DNA of 64,000 bases from Armatimonadetes bacterium UBA1398 (GTDB lineage: Bacteria; Armatimonadota; Zipacnadia; UBA1398), in contig DBQI01000025.1 in NCBI GenBank assembly GCA_002305165.1, positions 79,590 to 143,589 on the forward strand, read 5' to 3'. Positions 25,061-35,134 of the stretch are shown here, piece by piece. The notes under the pieces are model-generated. The model ran no database searches. It was not told where the DNA came from and was given only the letters and a program-made list of their open reading frames with translations. The translations under genes were made by a program, and so were the position numbers. Position 1 is the stretch's first letter. Every line of letters begins with the position of its first letter.

Positions 25061-27807
25061 TAGCGAGCCACCAGTCTGATGGGCTGGCCGTCTACGGGCA
25101 GGACGATTCGCTCGCCTTCGAAGCGGCGCCACGGCGATCCGTTGAGGGACACGCCGCGTATCATCCTTCCCTCGGGATGGCGCAGATGCAGGATCAGTGC
25201 CTGGGGCGTCGAGCGGCGCGGCGGGTCGACGGCGACCCGAATCTCATCGGCGGCCACGGAGGACTCCAGCCGCAGGCTCAGGGGGCCATCGGCCGTAGCC
25301 GCCCCCTCGACCTCGATCACCTTGCCCTCCTCGAGCCAGTGGCGGGGCACGCCGCTGAGGAGATGCACCTCGCCGTCGTACTCATCCACCAGCATGGCGC
25401 GGAGCATCATGAGCTGCTGGGTCCCCGAGTAGAGGTGGGGAAGGGTCATGTAGTTCTCACCCGTCTTGTGCATCGTCACCTCAACGGATGAGAAGGTCTC
25501 ACGCGTCATGCCGTAGGCGAGGGCGGTCCAAACCCCGAGGATGTACTCCTCCGGGTAGCCCGCCCGCAGCCGGCGCAGCATGTACCCGAGTCCGTAGGCG
25601 TGGTCGATGCCGCCCATGAACTCGGCCGTCCCAAGTTGGATCCCCCCATGCTCGCGGAGGAAGGTCTCGTAGGCCTCGGCCTGCGGCGAACCCCGCGGCG
25701 GCACGTCGCACTCGAGCATGGTGGAGGCGACCAGACCGTAGTAGTCGGTGCTGCGATGGCCACTATCGCGCAGGAGACGCTGGGTGTCCGGCTCGAGGGG
25801 GATGACGCTGCGCCCGTTGATGTCCAGGGCGGCAGCGTCCATGGAGGCGAGCACATCGCGCCGGTAGCGCTCCGCCTCGCGGCTGATACGGTCGGCCTCG
25901 TTGGGCAGCCCGGCGTCGGCCAGGATCGCACCAACCCGGCCCATCCCGTCGGCGCAGTAGGCGTTGTGGAGGTAGCCATAGACGGGCGTGGGGTAGTCGC
26001 AGTAGGATCGAAACTGGATGAGTCCTCGCACGACTCGGGGCTTGCCTGCGGAGCCCGCCGCCCGCTCCTCGTCACGCGCCCGGATCAGCCAGTCACAGGC
26101 GCGCACAGCGGCAGGGGCGACCTCTTGCCACCAGGTCACATCGTCGGTCATGCGGTAGTGCTCCGCCAGGGCGATGAGCAGGGCCCCTGTATCGGTCAGC
26201 CCGAAGTTCCAGGAGAGCAGCCCGTCCTCGGTCTGGGCGGCCATGAGCGTGCTGAGGTACGCCTCCGCCTCCTCGTGCCGGCCCCACTGGTCCAGAACCT
26301 GGGCATAGCGCGCGGCGCTGTAGCCATATACCTCCTCATAGAAGTGCGAGCCGTCGTGGGGCTCCAGATACTCCCCCACCTTGTCCACGTTGATGCCGTT
26401 GTACGCCAGCCACGCTCGGTGGGCATCCATCATCCGCGCATCGGGAACTCGAATCTGCATCCCCCGGGAGAGGTCCTCGCGCCAGAAGTCGCGGACCTCG
26501 GCGAGGGCGGCCTCGAACCCAGCGGCATCGATGATCTGTGCTGCTGACGGTTCGGCGAGGGAAACCGTGAGGTGCGCCGGCTCGCTCCTGGAGACGTGAG
26601 CGGTCGCGAGGCGCTGGCCCGAGCCTGCGGGCAGTTCGAAGGCCACCTCAGCGGGCTCGCCCGAGAGCAGCTTGAGGCGCACGGTGGCTGTGGCCGGGGC
26701 GTCAGGGCTCATCCCCTCCGACCACGCGGCCACCGTCTGCTCCCAGCGGCGGCCCTCGTGCTCCCACTCCGCGATGACGACCGGCAGGTGGCCCTCCAGG
26801 AGGCGCTTGGCCGGCCGCGACGGGCCTTCGCCGAAGGGTGCCCGCGCCTCGCCGATGAGCCACCGCCCGAGGACGCCGGGGAGCTCCAGCGCGCCCCACT
26901 CATTGATGCCGACCTCGTCCGGGTGGCCCTTTACTCCGATCGCCTCTCGCACATGCCGCATGGGCGGGTAGAGGGCGGCCACCTGCTCATAGGTCGGGTC
27001 GCCGGGCAGGTCCAGGATGGCGGCGCCGTCCGCGTCGCCCATCGCGCGTGCCTCGCCAGGCTGCAACCTCAGCAGCGACCGCGGGGTAGGTTCCACCATC
27101 ACGCCCTCGACGAGCGCCTCTGACATGGGGCCCAGGTCGGCGTAGCTGTTGTCCAGGTCGGGCGCGGGGTAGTCCTCACCGGGCTCCCGGCCCGGTCCTC
27201 CGAAGCCCTTGCCGACGATGAGAAGCCTTGGGGGCCCCGCCATCTCGGCCGGCCGCTCGATGACCCGGGCCACGGCCCAGCCGCGCTCTCCCGCACGGCG
27301 CGTGAAGTACCGGATGCAGTCCTCGCCCAGTTGCACCCGCAGCCACGTGTAGGAGAGGCGGTCGCACGGCACGAGCGGGGCCTCCAGGGGCAGGCGCTCA
27401 CCGGTACGCTCAGCCGTGTAGATCATGCCGCCGCCATGGTCCACTACGGCGAGCATCGCCCAGACGTCCTCGGCCCAGTAGAGAAACACGCCACATGCCC
27501 AGCTGACACCTGCCGGATCGCCGGGGCGTACCCGGGCCGAGGCCGTAACGTTGTCGGTACCGAGGGGACGCTCAATGTGAGCGTAGGCGTTCAGCGGCGC
27601 GGCGATCCGCAGAGCTCCGTCCGCCACCGTGACCGTGGCGCTCGGGGCCGCGTCCACCGTCCAGCCGGGCTCCAGAGAGCCTCCCTCGAATGTGTCGATG
27701 AAGCGCTCGCCCGCGGCGGACGGGGGGACCGCTAAGCCAAGAACCAGAGCGATGAGAGTGGGGATGCGCACGGCCAAGGCCTCCAGGACAGTTCTCTGAT
27801 ACGGCAC
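25057..27807 (-). CDS. Secreted 916-aa protein: N-terminal LamG/ConA-like beta-sandwich + C-terminal (alpha/alpha)6-barrel-like domain; putative novel glycoside hydrolase or lyase
   Basis: Signal peptide (RIPTLIALVLGLAVPPSAAG). FIDTFEGGSLEPGWTVD...GALRIAAP resembles LamG/DUF1080-type domains. The C-terminal helical repeats (DGLLSWNFGLTDTGALLIALAEHYRMTDDVTWWQE...ACDWLI) resemble six-hairpin glycosidases. The domain calls are tentative. Confidence 0.65.
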   Translation of the reverse strand: MPYQRTVLEALAVRIPTLIALVLGLAVPPSAAGERFIDTFEGGSLEPGWTVDAAPSATVTVADGALRIAAPLNAYAHIERPLGTDNVTASARVRPGDPAGVSWACGVFLYWAEDVWAMLAVVDHGGGMIYTAERTGERLPLEAPLVPCDRLSYTWLRVQLGEDCIRYFTRRAGERGWAVARVIERPAEMAGPPRLLIVGKGFGGPGREPGEDYPAPDLDNSYADLGPMSEALVEGVMVEPTPRSLLRLQPGEARAMGDADGAAILDLPGDPTYEQVAALYPPMRHVREAIGVKGHPDEVGINEWGALELPGVLGRWLIGEARAPFGEGPSRPAKRLLEGHLPVVIAEWEHEGRRWEQTVAAWSEGMSPDAPATATVRLKLLSGEPAEVAFELPAGSGQRLATAHVSRSEPAHLTVSLAEPSAAQIIDAAGFEAALAEVRDFWREDLSRGMQIRVPDARMMDAHRAWLAYNGINVDKVGEYLEPHDGSHFYEEVYGYSAARYAQVLDQWGRHEEAEAYLSTLMAAQTEDGLLSWNFGLTDTGALLIALAEHYRMTDDVTWWQEVAPAAVRACDWLIRARDEERAAGSAGKPRVVRGLIQFRSYCDYPTPVYGYLHNAYCADGMGRVGAILADAGLPNEADRISREAERYRRDVLASMDAAALDINGRSVIPLEPDTQRLLRDSGHRSTDYYGLVASTMLECDVPPRGSPQAEAYETFLREHGGIQLGTAEFMGGIDHAYGLGYMLRRLRAGYPEEYILGVWTALAYGMTRETFSSVEVTMHKTGENYMTLPHLYSGTQQLMMLRAMLVDEYDGEVHLLSGVPRHWLEEGKVIEVEGAATADGPLSLRLESSVAADEIRVAVDPPRRSTPQALILHLRHPEGRMIRGVSLNGSPWRRFEGERIVLPVDGQPIRLVARY

Positions 27808-27900
27808 GCGCCCCTATTCGGGGTTCGCCGGGCCGCGCCTGCAGAGCGTGCGTGGCCTCAGTGGTGGTTGCGGCACGCCGAGGGGTAGGGATAGGATGGC

Positions 27901-28380
27901 TTGGGGGCTGCACGGGCTAGCCATCGCGTCAGGAGTGCCACGTTGAGCGTGTCTGGCACAGCGAACGAAAGGAAGCGCAAGCAACCCGATAAGGGTAAGC
28001 CCCTGGGCAGTTGGGCCTTGTGGCTGCTTCCGCTCGGCTGGATGGCCCTCATCTTCGCGGCCTCTCACACGCCAGCCTCCGATATCCCCTCCCTGTGGTT
28101 CTGGACGCTCCCCGAGTCGGACAAGATCGCCCACTCCATCCTCTACTTCATCCTCTGCCTGACCTTATACGTCCCGCTGAGCCGCCGCGGCCTGCGCGCT
28201 CGCCCGGGCGCCGCAGCGTGGGTGGCGGCCGGCCTAGCGGTTCTATACGGCGTGTCAGACGAGCTACACCAGTACGCGGTGCCAGGGCGCACGCCCTCCC
28301 TGGGAGACCTCGGCGCCGACTTCGTGGGGGCCTCGCTGGCGGCTCTCCTGGCCCAGGCCCTGCCCGGCCGCCGACGCTGA
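27901..28380 (+). CDS. VanZ-family membrane protein
   Basis: LLPLGWMALIFAASHTPASD...DKIAHSILYFILCL...YGVSDELHQYAVPGRTPSLGDLGADFVGA is the VanZ-like pattern. The TTG start is uncertain. Confidence 0.7.
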   Translation: MGAARASHRVRSATLSVSGTANERKRKQPDKGKPLGSWALWLLPLGWMALIFAASHTPASDIPSLWFWTLPESDKIAHSILYFILCLTLYVPLSRRGLRARPGAAAWVAAGLAVLYGVSDELHQYAVPGRTPSLGDLGADFVGASLAALLAQALPGRRR

Positions 28381-28474
28381 CCCGGCCACACGACGCAGGA
28401 ACGGGCTTTCGTCTGACGTATCTTCCCCCCTACGGCCCTGTTGCCGCACCACCACACGACGAGGATGCTGCCCC

Positions 28475-31400
28475 ATGCCGTACTACCGCAGGCAGAAACG
28501 CCACACCCTTCGCGAGGTCGAGCGCCGCCTCCGGGACGCGATGTACTCTCCGGTAGGCGAGTTGACCGTCGAGGCGTGGGTCACCCAGGAGCCGGTTCCC
28601 TTCGAGGAGCGGCAATCCGGCAAGCACCTGGAGCTGAAGCCGGGTGACAAGTGGGGCGGTCTCTTCGACTGCGCCTGGTTCCGCTTCACCGGCGCCGTGC
28701 CCCCGGAGACTGCTGGCAGGGAGGTCGTGCTGCTCCTCGACGTCAATGGTGAGATGCTCGTCGTCGACCCCCAGGGGAACCCGTGGCAGGGCCTCACCAG
28801 CGTCACCTCGGGCTATGACTACAGTCTCGGGGCTCCGGGCAAGCGTGTCCTGGACCTGGTGGGTCCCATCGCCTCCGGTGATGTCATTGAAGTCTGGGCC
28901 GATGCCGGCTGCAATGACCTCTTCGGGGTGCTTCAGGAGGACGGCCGGGTCAAGGAGGCCGCGGTTGCCGTGCGCAACACGGAGATTCGGGCCCTCCACT
29001 ACGACTTCGAGGTGCTCCGCGAGTTGATGGAGCAGCTTCCCGAGGATTCGCCCAGATGGCATCAGATCTGGTCGGCGCTGGACCAAGTGGTACTTATGGC
29101 GGCGGAGCCGACGGAGGAGATAGCGGCTGAGGCTCGGCGGGTGCTCGCGCCGCTGCTGGCGGCCAAGGGTGGCGATCCTTCGCTCACCATCAGCGCTATC
29201 GGTCACGCGCACATGGATCTGGCCTGGCTGTGGCCGATTCGTGAGACGATCCGAAAGGGCGCCCGCACCTTCACTACGGCGCTGCGGATGATGGAGCGGT
29301 ACCCCGACTACGTCTTCGGCGCGAGCCAACCCCAGCTCTATCAGTGGATGAAGGACTACTATCCGAGCCTCTACGACGAGGTGAAGGCGCGCTACGCCGA
29401 GGGCCGGTGGGAGGTCCAGGGCGCCATGTGGGTGGAGTCGGACACCAACGTGCCGAGCGGCGAGTCGCTGGTGCGCCAACTGCTCTACGGCAAGCGGTTC
29501 TACCGGGACGAGTTCGGCAAGGAGGTCACAAACCTGTGGCTGCCCGACGTCTTCGGGTACTCTGCCGCGCTGCCGCAGATCCTCCGTAAGGCGGGCGTCG
29601 AAACCTTCATGACTCAGAAACTGTCGTGGAGCATCGTCAACGACTTCCCGCACCACACATTCTGGTGGGAGGGCATCGACGGCAGCCGAGTGCTCGCCCA
29701 TATGCTGCCCGAGGACACCTACAACAGCTCCGCGGCGCCGAGGGCGCTGACGAAGGCGGCGAAGCAGTACAAGGACAAGGACGTCTCGGCCAACTGCCTG
29801 CTGCTCTTCGGCATCGGCGACGGCGGCGGCGGGCCAGGGATGGAGCATCTGGAGCGGTTGGCTCGCGAGAAGGACCTGGACGGCCTGCCGCCCGTGGTAC
29901 AGGAGACCGCGGAGCGGTTCTTCAATCGGATCCGCGACGGGCAGAGCTACCGGCGCTGGGTAGGCGAGCTCTACCTCGAGCGTCACCAAGGCACCTACAC
30001 GACCCAGGCGCGGAACAAGCGGTACAACCGCAAGCTGGAGCTAGCCTTGCGCGATGCCGAGATGCTCCAGGCACTGGCGGCCTGGCTCGGCGATCTGGAG
30101 TACCCCGTCGCGGAGTTCGAGGAGATCTGGCGCGAGGTGCTCCTCTACCAGTTCCACGACATCCTCCCCGGCTCGTCCATCACCCGGGTATACGAGGAGT
30201 CGCTGGAGCGCTACGCAGTTCTCCTGGATCGGGTGAACGCGCTCGCCAGCCAGGCTCAAGCGGTCCTGCTGGGTTATCTCAGTCCCGGCGACGCCGAGGA
30301 TCCCGTCGTCGTCATCAACACTCTGTCATGGCCCAGGGCCGAGTGGGTGCGGTCCGGTGAGCGGTGGATGAAGGCCGAGGTGCCGCCCATGGGCTTCGCC
30401 GTGGTGGACCGCGCCGCGGCGTCGTGGACGGGTTCGAGCCCCAAGGTGGAGCCCCGTCTCCTCGACAATGGCCTGCTCCGCGTCGAGTTGGCTGCGGACG
30501 GCTCGATCGCGTCCATCGTAGACAAACGTCACAACCGCCAAGTGCTCCAGCCGGGCGAGGCGGGGAACGCCCTGGCGGTCTACTTCGACCCGGGCGACGC
30601 CTGGGACTTCGCGATGGATTACGACGAGCGGGAGCCCGAGCGCTTCGTGCTCGTCTCCGCCGAGCCCTTCGAGGACGGACCCGTGGCGGGTATCCGGCAG
30701 GTCTACCACTACGAGCAGGACGGCAGAGTGTCGGTGCTTACCCAGGAGATCCGGCTCACGGCGGGGAGCCCTCGCCTGGACTTCGTGACCCATGTCGACT
30801 GGAAGGCGTCCGCGAGGATGCTCCGCACGAGCTTTCCTGTGGATGTGCACGCCAATGAGGCGACGTGCGAGGTCCAGTTCGGGTGGATCAAGCGGCCTAC
30901 CCACGAGAACACGACCTGGGACCTGGCGCGGTACGAGGTGTGCGCCCAGCGCTGGGTGGACCTCTCCGAGCGCGGCTACGGTGTCGCGCTTCTCAACGAC
31001 TGCAAGTACGGCCATCAGCTACGGGGCAGCGTGCTGGACCTGAACCTGCTGCGTTCCCCCCACTCCCCGGACCCTGTCGCGGATCGGGCGGAGCATGAGT
31101 TCACGTACTCGCTCTACCCCCACGCCGGCGACCACATCGCGGGCGGAGTGCTGCGCGCGGCGGCGGCGCTGAACACGCCACTGAGGGTCGCGGAGCTCGT
31201 CGGAGCGGGGGCCGCGCCGCTCCCCCAGGGCTCCATCGTCTCCATTGACGTGCCGAACGTGGTCATCGAGGCTATGAAGCGCGCGGAGGACGGCCCGGGG
31301 CTTCTCATCAGGATGTACGAAACGGACGGCGCCCGCGCTCAGGCGAGGGTGAGGGTGGCAGTGGACTTCGCGGCGGCGGCGCTGGTGGATCTCATGGAGG

Positions 31401-31495
31401 AGAACCCCGTGCCATTGACTATGGTCGACGGCACGGTGACGGTTTCCTTCGGGCCCCATGAGATTCAGACGCTGCGCCTATGTCCGGGCGTCTGA
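28475..31495 (+). CDS. GH38 alpha-mannosidase (cytoplasmic, MngB-like)
   Basis: ISAIGHAHMDLAWLWPIRET (the GH38 HxH.D.aWlW signature), WVESDTNVPSGESLVRQLLYGKRF, LPDVFGYSAALPQIL, FGIGDGGGGP, YLERHQGTYTTQA. Length 1006 aa. Confidence 0.9.
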   Translation: MPYYRRQKRHTLREVERRLRDAMYSPVGELTVEAWVTQEPVPFEERQSGKHLELKPGDKWGGLFDCAWFRFTGAVPPETAGREVVLLLDVNGEMLVVDPQGNPWQGLTSVTSGYDYSLGAPGKRVLDLVGPIASGDVIEVWADAGCNDLFGVLQEDGRVKEAAVAVRNTEIRALHYDFEVLRELMEQLPEDSPRWHQIWSALDQVVLMAAEPTEEIAAEARRVLAPLLAAKGGDPSLTISAIGHAHMDLAWLWPIRETIRKGARTFTTALRMMERYPDYVFGASQPQLYQWMKDYYPSLYDEVKARYAEGRWEVQGAMWVESDTNVPSGESLVRQLLYGKRFYRDEFGKEVTNLWLPDVFGYSAALPQILRKAGVETFMTQKLSWSIVNDFPHHTFWWEGIDGSRVLAHMLPEDTYNSSAAPRALTKAAKQYKDKDVSANCLLLFGIGDGGGGPGMEHLERLAREKDLDGLPPVVQETAERFFNRIRDGQSYRRWVGELYLERHQGTYTTQARNKRYNRKLELALRDAEMLQALAAWLGDLEYPVAEFEEIWREVLLYQFHDILPGSSITRVYEESLERYAVLLDRVNALASQAQAVLLGYLSPGDAEDPVVVINTLSWPRAEWVRSGERWMKAEVPPMGFAVVDRAAASWTGSSPKVEPRLLDNGLLRVELAADGSIASIVDKRHNRQVLQPGEAGNALAVYFDPGDAWDFAMDYDEREPERFVLVSAEPFEDGPVAGIRQVYHYEQDGRVSVLTQEIRLTAGSPRLDFVTHVDWKASARMLRTSFPVDVHANEATCEVQFGWIKRPTHENTTWDLARYEVCAQRWVDLSERGYGVALLNDCKYGHQLRGSVLDLNLLRSPHSPDPVADRAEHEFTYSLYPHAGDHIAGGVLRAAAALNTPLRVAELVGAGAAPLPQGSIVSIDVPNVVIEAMKRAEDGPGLLIRMYETDGARAQARVRVAVDFAAAALVDLMEENPVPLTMVDGTVTVSFGPHEIQTLRLCPGV

Positions 31496-31609
31496 CGAGC
31501 TAGCGGTTGCGCCAGGAGCGAGTCGGCTCGAAGCCGAGGAGCTCCTGGCATGGCCGCAGGGCCCAGAGGGTGGGAAGTGGGTTCGCTTCGAGGGATCCGC
31601 TTTCACGGA

Positions 31610-32206
31610 CTACGTTTCCGGCCCCGCCAGCGACGAGAACCCTCGCACCGAGTCCTTCTTCACACGCAATCGCCGCTCCGCACACCGCAGGGCGGCGAGG
31701 ATCCTGACATCGACCATCTCGCCCTGAGCCATTCGGTCCATTACGAAGTCCTCGAGCCCATCGAGGGGCACCCAGTGGGTCTCGATGGGGAAGATCTCGT
31801 CCCCCGTTACTCCCTCGACGGGCTCGAGATCCATCAACAGGTAGAAGTCGAGGAGCGTGGAGGCGGCTCCCTGAGAAGCGGGTGCACGCATGAGATGCTC
31901 GACGCGATGGGCCGTGAACCCGCACTCCTCCTCAAGTTCACGGATGGCCGTGCGCTCCATCGGCTCGGGAGTGTCGCACAACCCTGCGGGAAGCTCCCAC
32001 ACCTCGGACTGCACGGGCGCCCGGTACTGCCTCACCAAGGGCACGCGGCCCTGGGCGTCGATCGCGAACATGAGGACGACGCCCTGTACACCGACGCGCT
32101 CGGCGTACTCCCAGACGCCGCCGGGCACCGTTCGACGCACGAGACGGAGGAAGCGGCCCTCGCAGAGGACCTCAGGAGGACCCAGGGGCTGGGACATGTA
32201 TTTCAT
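31610..32206 (-). CDS. NUDIX hydrolase (ADP-ribose pyrophosphatase-like)
   Basis: NUDIX box ELPAGLCDTPEPMERTAIRELEEECGF. Confidence 0.85.
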   Translation of the reverse strand: MKYMSQPLGPPEVLCEGRFLRLVRRTVPGGVWEYAERVGVQGVVLMFAIDAQGRVPLVRQYRAPVQSEVWELPAGLCDTPEPMERTAIRELEEECGFTAHRVEHLMRAPASQGAASTLLDFYLLMDLEPVEGVTGDEIFPIETHWVPLDGLEDFVMDRMAQGEMVDVRILAALRCAERRLRVKKDSVRGFSSLAGPET

Positions 32207-32310
32207 CCTTTCGGAGCATCATCTTCCGCTGCCGAACGTCAGAACCTCCGGCGCCGCTCTGCAGGCGGTTTGGAGGGGCTGAGCGAAACATGTGTGAGGG
32301 AGTGAAGCCC

Positions 32311-33240
32311 ATGACCAAGCGAGAACGCGTGATGGCGGCCTTGGCCGGCGCAGATACCGACCGGGTGCCCTTCAGCTTCTGGTACCACTTCCCGGGCGGC
32401 GACCGAGCGGATGAGGCCTTCGTACGGAACGAGGTCGAGTTCGCCCAGCGCTATGACATGGATCTCCTGAAGGTGATGCACGACGCGCCCTACGACCTGC
32501 CAGGCGGGGCTCTGACCGTGGAGAGCGCTCAGGCCTTCGCCGAGCTCCCCGTGATCGATCCCACGGCCGGCAACTTCGGGAAGCACCTGGAGGCCCTCAA
32601 GGCCATCCGGGAGCGGCTGCCCGATGACCGGCCCATGGTCGACACCCTCTTCGACCCCTTCGCCTACGGCGACAAGATCGTTGGCCGCAAGCTCGTCGAG
32701 CTGCTCCGCACCCATCCCGAGGAAACCAAGGCGGGGCTAGAGTCGGTCACGCAGTCGCTGATCCGCTGGGCCGATTGCTGCCTGGACGTCGTTGATGGGC
32801 TGTTCCTGGCGTGCGGCGCCGCGAGCGCCGACGTTCTGGACGCCGAGACCTATGAGGAGTTCATCCTGCCTCTGGATATACGCATCATGGAGGCAGCGGC
32901 ACCTAAAGGCACGGTGAACTCTCTGCATGTGCATGGCAAGGGACATCTCCACTTCGACCTCCTCGCCCGATGCCCCGTCCATCTGGTGAACTGGAGCGAC
33001 CGGACGACCGATGTATCCTTGGCGGATGGCCGCGCCGCCCTGCCTCATACTTGCCTGGCGGGTGGCATCGACGAGGTCACTGCGGGAGACGTGGCCCCCG
33101 AGGAGATCGCGGAACAGGTGCGGGACGCTGTCGCTCAGCTCGACGGCAGAGGTATGCTGGTTGCCTGCGGGTGCGCGGTTCCCACAGACACGCCGGCGGA
33201 GAACCTCCTGATCGTCAAGGCCACCCTCGAGTCCCTGTGA
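32311..33240 (+). CDS. Uroporphyrinogen decarboxylase (URO-D) family protein (methyltransferase/decarboxylase-like)
   Basis: MTKRERVMAALAGADTDRVPFSFW N-terminus, LHVHGKG...LVNWSD, and a C-terminal GCAVPTDTPAENL pattern typical of URO-D/MtaA-like proteins. ATG 32311 is preceded by GAGGGAG. Confidence 0.7.
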   Translation: MTKRERVMAALAGADTDRVPFSFWYHFPGGDRADEAFVRNEVEFAQRYDMDLLKVMHDAPYDLPGGALTVESAQAFAELPVIDPTAGNFGKHLEALKAIRERLPDDRPMVDTLFDPFAYGDKIVGRKLVELLRTHPEETKAGLESVTQSLIRWADCCLDVVDGLFLACGAASADVLDAETYEEFILPLDIRIMEAAAPKGTVNSLHVHGKGHLHFDLLARCPVHLVNWSDRTTDVSLADGRAALPHTCLAGGIDEVTAGDVAPEEIAEQVRDAVAQLDGRGMLVACGCAVPTDTPAENLLIVKATLESL

Positions 33241-33268
33241 TGGGGGCCGGAAAGGACGCTATCACCAG

Positions 33269-34264
33269 ATGAACAGAACTGAGGGTATCGCCGTGCTGCT
33301 CGCGGCCGCTGCCGCGATCGGCCTTCTATGGTGCGCAGGATGCGCGGGAGGCGACTCCGGGCTGAGCCTCGACACGGTCATCGGCCAGGTCAACGGTGGC
33401 ATCACCGGCAGCACGCAGGACATAATCCTGTACATCTCCGTGCGCACGGGCACCGGCGAGGTGTGGGCCGTGAACGCCTCGGGGCTGGAGGAGCCGTTCC
33501 GGCTGACCGCATCGGGCGCCCAGGCTCAGACGCCGGCATGGTCGCCCGATGGGCGGCAGTTCGTCTTCTCCCTGAGCTACATCACTACCGCGCCACTCTA
33601 CCGGGTCCGGGTTGACAACCAGACCCTGACCGACTCCGAGGGCAAGGCAGTGTACTTCCGGGAGTTCGACAGCAGCGAGGGGTCGAACTTCAGCCCGAGT
33701 TGGTCCGTGAATGACCGCATCGCCTTCCACACCGACCGGGATGACGGCGAGTTCGAGATCTACACCTGCGATCTGAATGGCAACGACCTGATCCGCCTCA
33801 CGGACAACGAGTGGTCAGATAACTCACCGCGGTGGTCTCCCGACGGCACCAAGATCGTCTTCAGCTCGAACCGCGACGATGACACGCCGGATGTCTACAT
33901 CATGAATGAGGATGGCGGCAACGTCCGCCAGATCACCGACTCGGCCGAAGGCTGGGCCTCCCTGGCGCCGGAGATCAGCCCCGACGGCACCCAGATCGTC
34001 TACGTCCTTCAGGATCCCGAAGGCGATCGCGACATCTACGTGATGGATACCAACGGCGGCAGCCAGCGGCGGCTCACCGATGATGGCTGGGGCCACCATC
34101 ACCCCACCTGGTCGCCCGATGGCACGATGATCGCCTATGAGCGGTTCGCGAAGGAGCCCGTGCCTGACGTCTGGGTCATGAACGCCGATGGCACGGACAA
34201 GCGCCAGCTCACCCATCACAACGACTACGAGGCCCAGCCCGCTTGGTCGCCGATGACCCTGTAG
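33269..34264 (+). CDS. TolB-like WD40-like beta-propeller lipoprotein
   Basis: Lipobox-like LLWCAGCAG. Repeated PxWSPDG blades (PAWSPDGRQFVFS, PRWSPDGTKIVFSS, ISPDGTQIVYV, PTWSPDGTMIAYE, PAWSP). Confidence 0.8.
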   Translation: MNRTEGIAVLLAAAAAIGLLWCAGCAGGDSGLSLDTVIGQVNGGITGSTQDIILYISVRTGTGEVWAVNASGLEEPFRLTASGAQAQTPAWSPDGRQFVFSLSYITTAPLYRVRVDNQTLTDSEGKAVYFREFDSSEGSNFSPSWSVNDRIAFHTDRDDGEFEIYTCDLNGNDLIRLTDNEWSDNSPRWSPDGTKIVFSSNRDDDTPDVYIMNEDGGNVRQITDSAEGWASLAPEISPDGTQIVYVLQDPEGDRDIYVMDTNGGSQRRLTDDGWGHHHPTWSPDGTMIAYERFAKEPVPDVWVMNADGTDKRQLTHHNDYEAQPAWSPMTL

Positions 34265-34288
34265 CGGCCTCGGCCACGGCGGTAGCTA

Positions 34289-34326
34289 AGACAAGCGGCG
34301 GGGCCCGTGGACCCCGCCGCTTGTCT
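34289..34326 (+). terminator. Strong intrinsic-terminator-like hairpin after the TolB-like gene
   Basis: Perfect 15-bp inverted repeat AGACAAGCGGCGGGG (34289-34303) / CCCCGCCGCTTGTCT (34312-34326) with an 8-nt loop, followed by TCTGTCT. Confidence 0.7.
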
Positions 34327-34343
34327 TCTGTCTGGAGGATGCC

Positions 34344-34991
34344 TTGGACAGCCTGGAGCAACGCAAGAAGCGAGCCCGAAGTGTGCTGACAACCCTGATG
34401 AAGCGGACCCCAGATGCCCGCACGGCCCTGCGCCACCGGGATGCCTTCGAGCTGCTCATCGCCACCATCCTGTCGGCCCAGTGCACCGACAAGAAGGTGA
34501 ATGAGGTCACGGAGGGGCTGTTCGAACGCTACCCGGGACCGGCGGAACTCGCGTCGGCGGATCCCGAGGAACTCCAGGCGATCCTCAGACCGACGGGGTT
34601 CTTCCGACAGAAGTCGAAGAGTGTTCAGGCGACCAGTATCGCCCTCCTGGAACGCTTCGGGGGCCAGGTGCCCGATACGATGGAGGCCCTTACGAGCCTG
34701 CCCGGCGTGGCGCGGAAGACGGCGAATGTGGTGCTCGGCCAGTGGTTCGGCAAGCCCGAGGGCGTAGTTGTCGACACCCATGTCCGGCGGCTCAGCCAGC
34801 GCTTGGGCTTCACGGAGCACGACGAACCCGAGAAGATCGAGGCGGACTTGATGTCCCTCTTCCCGAAGTCGAAGTGGATCCCCCTCGGCAGCGTGCTCAT
34901 CCTCCACGGTCGGGAGATCTGCGCCGCCCGCAAGCCTGCCTGCGGCGAGTGCCCCGTGGCCGACCGTTGTCTCCGCATGGGGGTTAGCTGA
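34344..34991 (+). CDS. nth: Endonuclease III (DNA-(apurinic or apyrimidinic site) lyase)
   Basis: FELLIATILSAQCTDKKVN, HhH-GPD LPGVARKTANVVLG, and the C-terminal 4Fe-4S cluster C-x6-C-x2-C-x5-C (CAARKPACGECPVADRC). TTG start is 4 nt after GGAGGA and aligns with the E. coli Nth N-terminus. Confidence 0.9.
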   Translation: MDSLEQRKKRARSVLTTLMKRTPDARTALRHRDAFELLIATILSAQCTDKKVNEVTEGLFERYPGPAELASADPEELQAILRPTGFFRQKSKSVQATSIALLERFGGQVPDTMEALTSLPGVARKTANVVLGQWFGKPEGVVVDTHVRRLSQRLGFTEHDEPEKIEADLMSLFPKSKWIPLGSVLILHGREICAARKPACGECPVADRCLRMGVS

Positions 34992-35134
34992 GCGGAGGGC
35001 CGAGGGGTCCCAACGTCAGCGCGGGGGACTTGGTTCAAGGTTCGCCTTGACATTATATGTCTCGCTGTGACAAACTGGCGCTCATCGGCGTTCCCGGCTC
35101 CGGGAGCGGCAACTCCGGTCGGAGGTGCACGCGG

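Noticed and set aside
35047-35075. A perfect TTGACA hexamer in an AT-rich island about 85 nt upstream of the SLH gene, considered as a sigma-70 promoter.
   Set aside because: No acceptable -10 hexamer lies at 16-18 nt spacing (ACAAAC or GACAAA), and a single hexamer match is too weak to call.
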